Of a stretch of 37,679 bases of DNA, positions 19,739 through 30,433 are shown piece after piece (within the stretch, counting starts at the first letter, position 1; every line of letters begins with the position of its first letter). This DNA is from a virus (lineage: Duplodnaviria; Caudoviricetes). Made by a program: the position numbers and the translations under genes. The stretch covers positions 1-37,679 of the IMG/VR virus record IMGVR_UViG_3300027627_000011; one strand, 5' to 3'. Under the pieces are notes generated by a model, which worked only from the letters and a program-made list of their open reading frames with translations, was not told the origin of the DNA and made no database searches.

Positions 19739-22700
19739 TTATTCCTCTTCGTAATCTGGATGAAGATTTTCGTAAGTATCAACAACATAGGGGGTTGCAC
19801 CCAAAAGTCCCATTTGATATTGGGTATATCGATCTATCGGATACCACCTTGGTAGTTGCCAACCACTACCCGATATACCTTGATAGTAAACCTTTTCTGT
19901 TTCATAGTTCTTTTTAAAAGAAGAATCAAGGGAATAATGATAGCGCACCGTATTTTCTCCAAATGCTGCAGATAAGACTGGTTCTGATGAATTGGACTGA
20001 TTTACATCATATCTCTCATACCAGTATACTATATCCCCAGCTATAGTATTAGGGGTGCCTTGAGCTTCAGAGGGCAACATTTCTGTGTCCACAGCCACAA
20101 ACCAATAACCAGGAGTGGCATCATTTTGGGCCCTATACGCTCCAATATTAAAATTACCCAAAGAGTCTGCCGTAGTCATGCCTGCTTTCCCGTGTTGTTC
20201 TGGCGAAACTTGACTATTGCTATACGGTGTATGGAGGGCGTCAAATAAATTTCTTGCTCTTCTCCAATAAACTTTTGCATTAGGTGTTGCAGAACCATAT
20301 ACATAAACAGTTTCTTGGCCATCGGCATTAATTATTTTCTTAGTAACTTCAGCCAAAAGTTTTTCACGGGTCATTGTAGTTGGCTTAACGTAGTAGGAAA
20401 CTGTCGCAGAAGTATTTGGAGTTGAATCCATTTCTGAAATAATTTGAGAAACAAATATTGGATACGAACTTGGTGTTGAAACTTCTACTCCAATATATTT
20501 TCCATACGCCCTTGCGTATCCATCTTCATTTGTGTAAACGTAAGAGGGGGTGGCGTTAATATTTTGGCCAGTTACCTCATAGGCTATAAAAGGTTTAGGG
20601 TTATTGTTTTCGTCGATACTAAAAATATTTATTGCAATGAACTGACTTCCGTCATCAAGTATTTCTTTAGGGGAAATATAAGCTTCAACCGAAGAAAGGG
20701 GATAATCAGTTGTAGAAAAATAAACATAACCTTCACTCATTGCAGAGTGAAGTGGATTCAAAGACACTTGATCAAAAACTGTATCGGAATCAAACATTGA
20801 TTTTTCGTAGGTAACTTTTGTGTAATATGAATAATTTGGGGTGCTTAAAAGTGTAACTTTTGTTCTATAGGAATTATCAAACTCATTATAATATTGGTTA
20901 TCTGCATTAAAAACGTTTTGTAACCTATACTTAACCTTATAGGTTCTTCCAGATTTTATTTGCGGAATACCATTTATGTTTAATGTTTCTATTATATTGG
21001 AAGAATATGATTGATTTTGAATGACATAGTCATTAGTGTAGGTATCCAAAACCGAAACTTCAAATACGCCACTATACGCAAGTGCTAAATAATTATCATA
21101 AACAGCCTCAATAAACTCAAGATTGAATTTGGAATATACGCCAGGAGAAGCTTCGTCCATAAAGGCTACTTGCGTGTAAGGAGTAGGAGTAGCAGAATTA
21201 GATCCGACCTCAACCAAAATTGGAGCGCCCTGCCTTGCTACACTGTCTAAAATAAATTCTGATTCATCATAATAGAACTTTGTTTCTGGATCCGCATACA
21301 AATAATATGGAGTTGCATTCAGATGTATGAAACCACTTTCGATTGATGGGTGAATTCTATCGTTGAATCGTGATGGACGCGATACGTCAAAATATATGTC
21401 CTTTGAAATAAACTGATTGGTTTCATTATCGTAGTTATTTAAACGATCAAAAGTACTTTCGAGATTGTCGTCAAACGTTTCGGTGCTTACTATGATGTCG
21501 TCATTCTCAGAATAAGCCTCTATACTCGTAATGGTTAGATTTGGAGAAGATGCGTATTCTTCAAGACCAAAATCGGATCTTTCAAAATCATATCCACCTA
21601 TCAGGTGAAACTCATTATAGAAGTTGTAGTTCTTCGTGGCGCCAGATGTTATAACTCCATCGTTTGTTATTCTAAAATCTATTTCACCAATATAATCGGC
21701 ATCAAAAGAACTGTAAGTTTCGTAATTGAACGGATAAAAATTTTCACTAGGAGTAGACGATATGACAAGAAGATCTGGAGTTGCATTATAAGGAAATTTA
21801 ACATCTACAAATTTATAATTTACTGTAGAAGAACCAAGAGTATTTATGTAATGGCTATGTTGATGTGGAGTGCTAAAATTTGGATTTATAAATTGAAAAA
21901 CTATATTATCACTAGAGGGAATTAAATATTTTAAATTATCCTGTTTGTTTAGCGCAATGCCTCCATAGCCCTGATATGGACTAGAAGAACCATCGATATC
22001 ATAATCTCCCTCTACAACATTTTCTATATGAACATATAATGGGGTGGCACCATATGGAATTGTAAAATCTTTGATTATTGATGCAGGAGATATGTGTATG
22101 TCAGATTTTTTAGTAATATCGTTAGATGAATTTAATACGTTGCCGAATCTGTTAGATCTAATTTTGGGCGTATTAACCAATCTTTTTTTTGTTGGGTTAT
22201 ATATCTTGGAAGCAATTTTTAATTTTGTTGCATACGGTGAATCATCTATTTGTGCGGCACTCTTACTGAGTGTTGGCGAAGTGCTTGTGGCATATTGGTT
22301 TGGCGTGCTGTTTAAAAAAGAAATTTTTCCGTAATCTCCACTAATACCATATGAGTTTTGAGCATCAATAAAATCGACTGTAATTGTGTCAACAGCATAT
22401 AACGGTACTTGCGTAAAGGTATATGACTCTGTTGCATTTAATTGCAGTGTATTCACATATGGTGTACCACCAATATTGTAGTATATTGATTCCCCATTAG
22501 TGAAATTGGTTGCACCAAAAATATCCTTAGATATAAACTCATTAGACAAGTTTGAATGGTTATTTTTTACAAGAACTTTATATCTTGCTTTATATTCGGA
22601 ATCATTTGGTATGTCCCCGTGAAGATTTAGTCCAAGAACAACATCGTAGGAAATAGTTGCAGCATCATTTTCGATATAATCTTCATGATATGAAACAAAA

Positions 22701-24407
22701 GAATCATAAACTATCTCTACTGGCTCGTAAGCTGAGGCGACTCCATCAATTTTATATCCATAAGCTTTTAATTTAAAACTGTAATCCCCAGTGCCAAAAT
22801 CAAGTTTTTCTAATTTAAGCTTTATGTCATTGAAATCACCAACTCCAGGTTGATAATTTTCAATATAATATTCCGTGGTAGCACTGTCTGCAATTTGAGG
22901 TAGCGATGCAAAACCTTCTCTTCTGGTTCCTGCAGGATCCCAATAGGCTTCTCCCCATTTGATATAGCCAAAATTTGATGGATATTTTTTGTTTAAGTAT
23001 TCTACAAAATCTTTAAAATCTTCTGTTGGAATACCTTCTTTATTGAAATATTGTTGATTTTTTTCCATATCAGATATTTCTAATATTTCTGGAGTTGCAC
23101 CAAGATACAAGGAGTCTGGAGTAGCTTCGAATGCCCTCCATATATCAAGCTCTCTTCTTAAAGTTTTCTTTAAACCCTCTAAATTAATCGCTGGTGGGTT
23201 CTGGTAAACATCAAGTATTCTTTTTTTAAAATTGTCATTTGTTTCAAGATAAAGCCTTTGCAGGCCGACCTTTAATCCAAACTCATCAAAATAATTTATC
23301 TGTTGAACGATCTCACACTGGTATAAAGTTTCGTCAACAACTAATTTAGCAGGCTTAAACAGGGTGAATAATTGTGCTGTTAAAAAATTATAGTAGAATA
23401 CATAATCAGTTGCTCTCTGCTGCAGCAGCTCTCTCATTGACGACACTCTGGCCATTTCAATGTTATCAGAAATAACCTTTAAAAAACCTGGTCTAATGTT
23501 GCTGTAAGCATAAAGCCATGCTATTTGTGATTCCTCTGAGGTTTCAATAAAAGAATTTAATTCTATTTTTGAAATTAAAACATCTACCACATCAAGATCT
23601 TCACCGATCAGTGCATTTATTACTTTTCCAGCATTTGTTCTGGGAAGCGTTAATTCTGGAGTTGCACCCTCAAGAGAGTCTCCATATATTTTTGTCCAAG
23701 AAGGAAATCTGGAAAGAATACTTCTTACGTGATCAGTAATTACTGGGCTTATTATTTCTGATATTTCTATCTGGATTAATAATAGAAAATCAGAAGACGC
23801 TATATTCGAATCTGAATCAATTTCTACAACAAATTTACAATATCTTTGGACGTTGTTTATAAATAATAATGTGGTTTTTTGATCAACGTTTACATGTTGA
23901 GAAAATTCTGATTCTAAAGCATTTTTCTTAGGCGAGGAAAATATTTTTAAACTAATTGTTGGGACTTCTGACCCTACAAGATTTGAAAAAGCGTGCTTGT
24001 ATCCAATGATATCAATTCTGCTAGATGTGTCTATGAATCTATTAAACTTAAGACTTTCAGAGTCTGGAGATAAAATCCAGTAAGGTGAAGAACTTTCGAG
24101 ATCAAAAACAAGACTTTGAGAATCGGTTTTGTCTTTATTGAAATAGAAGTAATCTCCGTTGAGAATCATCAAATACTATTTCACCATAGTTTGTAGGCGT
24201 TGCACCTTCCCCTAATGTTGAAGCTGAAGACAAAACCTCTGTTCCAACAAAAGTATGATCACCAAGGATGTTTAGTCCAGTAGAAGCCCTTTTGGTAGAG
24301 TAGTTATTGTAGAATTTATTTGAATACAAATCCAAAGCATTAGAGGTCCAAACATTGCCAACAATGTTGAAGTCAGATTTATTTAATGCTAAAAAATAAG
24401 TTTTCAT
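19739..24407 (-). CDS. Large baseplate wedge/tail-associated protein, 1555 aa, one +1 shift at CGG (skipped C at 24158)
   Basis: TCT CAA C-GGA GAT TAC joins ORF 24135..24407 to 19739..24172. DEFGLKVGLQRLYLETNDNFKKRILD resembles wedge-protein motifs; C-terminal Ig-like segments (DENNNP...YTNEDGYA, INADGQE); two genes downstream of baseplate J. Confidence 0.75.
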
Positions 24408-24425
24408 TTTCTCATCCTAGGACTA

Positions 24426-25703
24426 TTAAACTGCGTCTAACCAAACCGAATACTCGGAAGTCACGCCATTTTCTGGGTGCACAAACATCAGGTGTTGACA
24501 TGGTCTACTCATTGAATTAAAGTATTCTTGCGCATATGTATTATAGCTTTCTGGAGAGCCAGATATTCTCAGAGTTGAACTTCCCAATGTCATCTTCGCC
24601 TGCTGATGGTAATGGCCCATAAATACATCTTGGAAATCTTCGGGGATTGCTCCATCTTTCCAGCCAAGAACTTTTCTTGCATATGGTGCAATCGTTGACG
24701 GAGAAGGAAGTTGATCACCGTGTATAAGTAGTGACGAATAATTCCCTATTCTGTCAACAGCATACCAGTGTCTTTCGCCTCTTCCATCAGGAATATTAAA
24801 CTGAATTCTTGGATTACCAGCAAAAATTAAACTAGCTATCCTATATAGTAATCGATCCATGTTTGATTCTGGGTCGTACATTTTTCTATTTTTTCCACCA
24901 ACAGAACCATGGTTTCCAATTACCCCAGTAACATTTACTTTATCAAAATTTTCTAAAGCTGTTGTAAAAAATTTAGAAAGTATTTCTGGTCCATTGATAC
25001 CTACTTGTCTATATATGCCAGAATCTATTAGATGGCTTTGTCCAGGAAATATTTCCTCTCCTTCGACAATGTCTCCCAGCATCCATACGTGCAGGTTATT
25101 GACTGCATGATCTGCTCTTTGGACTTCTACTATTTCTAACATTTTTTCTGTATATAGCTCTATTCTTTTTGCTAGTACGTCAGAATTATAATCTGGAGTA
25201 ACTTTGCCGAGCTGCCAATCGGATAGAATGGCAACAGCTGTTTCTGGAGTTCCATTTCCCATTTTTCTAGGAGTTCTCTTTTGTATAGCTGGCAATCTAA
25301 AATTAGCGAAAGCGTCGTATGCTGCTCTGTAAATTGTTTTTGAAGCTTCTTCGCTAACATTTTTGTATTTTTCTGATTGTTTTGCTAGTCTTTTATTTTC
25401 AGAACGAAGAAAATCTATTGTAGAATACTGGCTTTCATTTGCAAAAACTTGACCGCCATCTTCAGATGTCGGGGATTCTGACATTTCCGACTCATCAAAG
25501 GAACTGTAGTATGAATCTTGGGCGGCAGAAAAATATTGTGGGACTTCTTTTTCCTCAACTTCTTCAATTGTTTGATCTTCGTTTAAAATTGCTCCTGGCA
25601 ATTCGTCATCACCCTCGACAAGGCCTTGCGCATGTCTCATATTTTTTGCTTTAACTATATAGCTTTTAGTTACTAAAAAAGTTTTCTCTAACACATTGAC
25701 CAC
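24426..25703 (-). CDS. Calcineurin-like metallophosphoesterase
   Basis: Ordered motifs SDWQLG, LGDIVEG, IGNHG, IHGD, MGHYHQ; acidic and coiled-coil N-terminal extension. Confidence 0.85.
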   Translation of the reverse strand: MVNVLEKTFLVTKSYIVKAKNMRHAQGLVEGDDELPGAILNEDQTIEEVEEKEVPQYFSAAQDSYYSSFDESEMSESPTSEDGGQVFANESQYSTIDFLRSENKRLAKQSEKYKNVSEEASKTIYRAAYDAFANFRLPAIQKRTPRKMGNGTPETAVAILSDWQLGKVTPDYNSDVLAKRIELYTEKMLEIVEVQRADHAVNNLHVWMLGDIVEGEEIFPGQSHLIDSGIYRQVGINGPEILSKFFTTALENFDKVNVTGVIGNHGSVGGKNRKMYDPESNMDRLLYRIASLIFAGNPRIQFNIPDGRGERHWYAVDRIGNYSSLLIHGDQLPSPSTIAPYARKVLGWKDGAIPEDFQDVFMGHYHQQAKMTLGSSTLRISGSPESYNTYAQEYFNSMSRPCQHLMFVHPENGVTSEYSVWLDAV

Positions 25704-25712
25704 TCTTTCGGG

Positions 25713-26882
25713 TTAATATCCTTGGGATGACATTATAACAGAAAATATAGATATAGTTCCAGCTATTAAGTATTCTCTTTCTGTATTTAATCTAAATGCG
25801 CCCTTGGGTACTTCTTGGCCCCTAGAGCTAACACTGAGAATGTTGATCGACTTAATGAAGTCGGACGAGGATCTAATAGCAGATTCGATTTCGCTGAAAG
25901 AAAGAACGCTGCCTATCGTAAAAGAATTTAAATATCTCTTAACAAACGTACTCGCCTGTAATTCAATAGCGTTTATTGCCGCAGAAGACAGACCCTGAGG
26001 AAGAACCATATTTGCCACAACGCTAACTGGCACCCTATCTGCTATTCTAATATTGAGTTTTATACCGACAGGTTTTTTGCCAGACAAATTACTTACAAGC
26101 CCTTGAACAAACAAAGGATCTAAATTCTGTGATTCTGGAACTATAATTATGTCACAAGATCCAAGTCCATAAGACGATTCTCTGATCCTGACATCTCTTA
26201 CCCCAGGAAATGCTAGGGCATTCAAACGAAGAGATTCAGCCGTTCCGTAAGAACGCTCTTTGATGGACATGCTTATTCTTCTTCTGTAATTGTCATCTCC
26301 TTCCATGCCTGGCATTGAGTATACTTCTTTGGGATTCGAGCAATATACTATGGTCCCATCTTGCGAAACAAAGTTGTGTCTAGTCAAAGAATTTTTTGCT
26401 GCAGTAAAATCTTGACTTGTAAACGTCGGCTGTATTCGGCCAAAAGCCTTTGTTGTCCCAGCAATTATTATGACGTTTGAAGCTAGTCTATATTGGAATT
26501 GTCTTTCGGCAAATTCTGTTACATCATTATAAATTAAAGTGTCCTGAGGTATTATCACATCAGTTGCACCAGGTACGGAAAGATAAAATTCTATATTAAA
26601 GCTTGATCTTTCTTGCTCTACTTCGGGTGTTACCAAACCTCTTCGGACGCCATACAATTCTCCTATTAAATCTAAAGATCTTCCAGAAGCGGTAGCCATT
26701 GAAGTTTGATTAATGGCAAACTTAAGAGTATCGTATAGGTCGCCAACTTCAGTTGCAACTGATTCGGCAAAAGCTCTTGCTATAGAGCCTGGATAGGTTG
26801 CGGTTAAGCCAGCATTTTTTTCTAAGGCTCGAAGCATCCTACCCAAGATTTCTGTTTTTGTTTTACTGTAGACTATAGGCAT
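25713..26882 (-). CDS. Baseplate J-like wedge protein
   Basis: PGSIARAFAE, TASGRSLDLIGELYGVRR, EGDDNYRRRI, GTAESL, PGVRDVRI, KKPVGI are typical of Baseplate_J (P2 gpJ / T4 gp6-like); AAGGAGG RBS. Confidence 0.88.
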   Translation of the reverse strand: MPIVYSKTKTEILGRMLRALEKNAGLTATYPGSIARAFAESVATEVGDLYDTLKFAINQTSMATASGRSLDLIGELYGVRRGLVTPEVEQERSSFNIEFYLSVPGATDVIIPQDTLIYNDVTEFAERQFQYRLASNVIIIAGTTKAFGRIQPTFTSQDFTAAKNSLTRHNFVSQDGTIVYCSNPKEVYSMPGMEGDDNYRRRISMSIKERSYGTAESLRLNALAFPGVRDVRIRESSYGLGSCDIIIVPESQNLDPLFVQGLVSNLSGKKPVGIKLNIRIADRVPVSVVANMVLPQGLSSAAINAIELQASTFVKRYLNSFTIGSVLSFSEIESAIRSSSDFIKSINILSVSSRGQEVPKGAFRLNTEREYLIAGTISIFSVIMSSQGY

Positions 26883-26897
26883 TTTATCCTCCTTATA

Positions 26898-27281
26898 TTA
26901 TAGCTCTTGAACAACAGAAAGTGTTACTGGTTCTGAAGTATTATTTTCTATATGCACATCAAACCTTATGCCTGTAGCAGAAATCGGAACAGCATCAATC
27001 GATATTGATCTTCCCCTAAAGATTCCACCGTTTGCTTCATTTTCTAATGAATTTCTGATAATTCTTTTCCCTATTTCTGCAGTTGCTCTATTTTGCGGCA
27101 TGCCTCTTATCATAGAAAGATCACAGCCTAACCTTGGGTAAATAGTAAAATCATTTGGCTCCGTCATTAGCCTAAGGTATATTTGCTGCATGTCTCGCTG
27201 TTGACCGCTTTGGGCGATGGCTATATCTTTGTTGGAAGAAATTAAAATATCTCCACTTAAATCAAAATAAAAATCACTCAT
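26898..27281 (-). CDS. gp25/gpW-like baseplate wedge protein
   Basis: 127 aa; QQIYLRLMTEPNDFTIYPRLGCDL matches the gp25-like pattern; directly upstream of baseplate J. Confidence 0.8.
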   Translation of the reverse strand: MSDFYFDLSGDILISSNKDIAIAQSGQQRDMQQIYLRLMTEPNDFTIYPRLGCDLSMIRGMPQNRATAEIGKRIIRNSLENEANGGIFRGRSISIDAVPISATGIRFDVHIENNTSEPVTLSVVQEL

Positions 27282-27955
27282 TATTTATCCAAACCATCTT
27301 TAATCCATGAAAAGTTTTTTGAATTACTTGAAGTATTAAAATCTTTTTCTTTAATTTTTTTAATTGATTCCTCGTAAGAGTAGCCAGAAGACATAAAATC
27401 CTTTAATAACTCAGTTTGTTCCGACGTGTTATTCTGAGCAAAGTTGTCTATTAAAGCAGATTGTTCTACAGAAAATCTGCCAGTGTTAATAGACGGGAGC
27501 TGCTCAACGCCCTTGGTTCCTAGTGCATATCTACCCGATATAGTAATGGGGTTATCCGTTTGATTCTGTTCAATTTCCTGTATATTATTAAGGTAATAAC
27601 CAACCCTGTGATAGGCGGGATTATTAGAAAAATCGGATGTTTTTAAAAGAGCTGGCTCATTATAGGCGTCTGCAGCAGGATTAAAAGACTTTTCATTCCA
27701 CCTTAAGCCATCGTCTTCTTTTGAAAAAAACTTAATTGAATCTGAAAAGAAGGATATACTGCGCGTGTTAGGATTCATTATTAAGCCTATGCCTGGGGCA
27801 GCAAAGATTTCTATACATCCAGAATCTGTGATCCTAATAAATGCGCTATTATCCGGATGAGTTAAACCAACTTCCCTATTGGAAAACTCTGTTCTTTTTT
27901 GCAGCTCAAAAGCTTCGTTAAAAGGTTTTTTTGAATTAGGGCTATTTTCTTCCAT
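27281..27955 (-). CDS. Putative baseplate spike-associated protein
   Basis: 224 aa; REVGLTHPDNSAFIRITDSGCIEIFA beta-strand run reminiscent of spike beta-helix starts; position between spike-like and gp25-like genes. Confidence 0.55.
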   Translation of the reverse strand: MEENSPNSKKPFNEAFELQKRTEFSNREVGLTHPDNSAFIRITDSGCIEIFAAPGIGLIMNPNTRSISFFSDSIKFFSKEDDGLRWNEKSFNPAADAYNEPALLKTSDFSNNPAYHRVGYYLNNIQEIEQNQTDNPITISGRYALGTKGVEQLPSINTGRFSVEQSALIDNFAQNNTSEQTELLKDFMSSGYSYEESIKKIKEKDFNTSSNSKNFSWIKDGLDK

Positions 27956-27967
27956 GTTACCTATCTT

Positions 27968-28330
27968 CTACTCCATAAACTTTGGTATGCCAGTATATAT
28001 ATTTCTGTTTATTGAATTTTTATATGACCTGGGTTCATTATAGTACATCATCACATAGGCTTCGGATTCGTTCTCGTCCCTAAAGCCCACCATGCATCGT
28101 GTTCCAGGTGCTGGAGCTACTGATTGAACCCCATATATAAATGGACATGGCACATCCATTATAGCATTGCCTATCACGCTGGAAAATTTTTCATCCAGGA
28201 GGATTGTAGCCGTATTGTTGTACGAATTATATGACATAATCGTTCCTGGTCGATTTTTTGATTGAAAAAATTTTGATCTATCAATATGATCATTTATTTT
28301 TTTGTCAAATTTAGGATAATTTGCAGGCAT
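27968..28330 (-). CDS. Putative baseplate spike/gpV-like OB-fold protein
   Basis: ATG 28330 (MPANYPK) 1 nt after upstream stop; GTIMSYN...TATI...VPCP...PAPGTRCMVGF resembles gpV/gp5 N-terminal OB fold. Confidence 0.6.
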   Translation of the reverse strand: MPANYPKFDKKINDHIDRSKFFQSKNRPGTIMSYNSYNNTATILLDEKFSSVIGNAIMDVPCPFIYGVQSVAPAPGTRCMVGFRDENESEAYVMMYYNEPRSYKNSINRNIYTGIPKFME

Positions 28331-28331
28331 T

Positions 28332-30431
28332 TTACTTCTCGTTTCCGTCTTTATCGAAGACAACTCCATCCATCCATTTTTCTATATATGGAAAAGGTGG
28401 ATGGCCTTTAAATTTTGTTCGTATCCAAGTTTTAAGATTATCTTCTTTGTTGTTATTTACCAATAGATAAGCAGCCAAAATAACTGAAAACTTAAGCTCA
28501 AATATAAATCCTACTTTTGATCTTGGCGTTTTATCTTTATTGGGATAATCTCCCCATGGATAAAAAACATATGAGTCAATTAATTTTCCCTTAAGAGCTT
28601 GAGCTACTTGTTTTTCTCCAACTGCTGTTGTTCCAAGCATCCACGCTTGGTTGTAGGGTATAAAAATTCTTTGATCAATAGTTTCTTGTGTTGCTTGATT
28701 TAAAACTTTTTGAGAAAGTGAATCAACGTTATTATCTTCATCTATAGCGTACGCAAGCTTGAAACCAAGAACACTGTCATTTTGAGGTTGTCCAGTTTTA
28801 TTATATCTAAGTTGAAATATTTTTGATCCGTGTGCCTTGGGCAGAAGGTTGCATTGAAAGGCGCCGAACGAGAAATCTCCATCCCCACCATCTTTTTTTG
28901 TGTTTAATGCTCCAGGTGCCCACCTTGATTCCCTCTCGCCTATGCCAACAAACATTGCAGAAAGTTCACTTGAAAATAATCCAGCCGTATACAGCAGGGA
29001 CATTACTTCGTCTGGAGTTAACTGCTCATTTGTTTTTCCAAAATAATTAGTTTTAAATTTATCTAAATTTGCGGCCTTAAAATCAGTAGACAAACCAGAA
29101 ACACCTCCAGTTAATTGAGATGCTAATTGTGCGGTAATAAATGAGCCAGCTCTTTGTGCGCTAAAACTAATGTGAATATGATCTCTATGGCTTCCATCTA
29201 CCGCAAAGTTTATGAAAGGAGCGAGATGCGGATACCTTGTTCTTATAGGCGAATTTGAATCTTCTAGACCCTTTTCTTCTATTCCAAGTTCTTCGGCTAA
29301 AAGGTCATGAACTATAATGAGATCTGGATGTAACTCCTTAGATAAAATCTGCAAATTTTTTAAGAATATATCTAAACCCTGCCTGTAGCTATCTATATTT
29401 TTTGATAAATGGTATGATGTTTCCCTGTTGTTTCCAACATCAAAAATATCTATGGCTCTACCAAAAGCGTGATCGCTAACAGAATTAGATGTCCCAGTCA
29501 ATTCGGAAAAATTGGATCCCACCAATCCCCTGCCATTGCCTGTATCTCCCTTAAGATAAATTCTGTCTGTTATTTGTAGTAACAGCTCTAGCAAAGCTGC
29601 ACCAACAAAAGAATTTTTTTGGCCAGTTCCTAAATATTCTTTAGGTACAGGTAGAGACTCATAAGATCCAGAAACATAATTGCCAGATTGTTTTATTTCA
29701 AAATTAAGAGAAGCTAAAGATTGTCCTTGAGGATTTGTGGTAAAGTTAATTGACATTTGATTTATCTGGCCATCAAAATTTATTTTATCATTTATTTCTT
29801 TGGTTTTTGTAATGTATGTTTCAATTTCTTGTTCAGTTAAAATTTCAATTAAGGCAATCGGCCTTGAACCTCCGATTTAAGGTAATGCCACTTTGTGAAG
29901 CGTAGTATCCCTTCTGGCTGTGGGCAAGACTCTGCCCGTGTACTGGTGCTGATAATCCCAACCGAATCTAAATTTGGATTAGTGGCAGAGTTATTGATGC
30001 TATCATTCATTGCCCTTAACGAAACGTCAAAACCAGTTGGAGCATAGCCTGTAAAAAGTATTGAGTTTTTAGCCAATTCAGCTTTGGCTGTTGCTCCTGT
30101 TAAAACATTTTTTCCATTTGGATCATTCGGATCAAGAATCTTAACGTTGTCTCCGATGTCTGCTTGTGCGGCTAATATTCCGATGCATTGCGGACTGAGT
30201 GCTTTGGGCATACGCGTTGACGGCGTATGCTGGATTCCTGTATATCCCGTCTGCCTGCATAATCTTAAGGGGATCAACGCTTCTTAAAGTCCTATCCTGG
30301 TATGGCTGTTGAGAAAGGCTGGTATGGTTGATAACCATTTGTTCATTCGGATAGAACGAAGAAGCTAATTTGTTTGTTATACTTTTTGTGCTTGTCAAAT
30401 CGTCTATGCTGATTGGATCATCTGCTGCCAT
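28332..30431 (-). CDS. Virion-associated peptidoglycan hydrolase, 698 aa (M15-like Zn peptidase plus lytic transglycosylase-like), three +1 shifts at CGG (skipped C at 30182, 29938, 29874)
   Basis: Joins ORFs 30141..30431, 29849..30277, an unannotated segment 29875-29937 and 28332..29756. Motifs SDHAFGRAIDI and HRDHIHISF (HxxxxxxD...HxH), ERESRWAPGALN and FGAFQCN (lysozyme-like ES...GxFQ). Confidence 0.78.
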
Positions 30432-30433
30432 GT

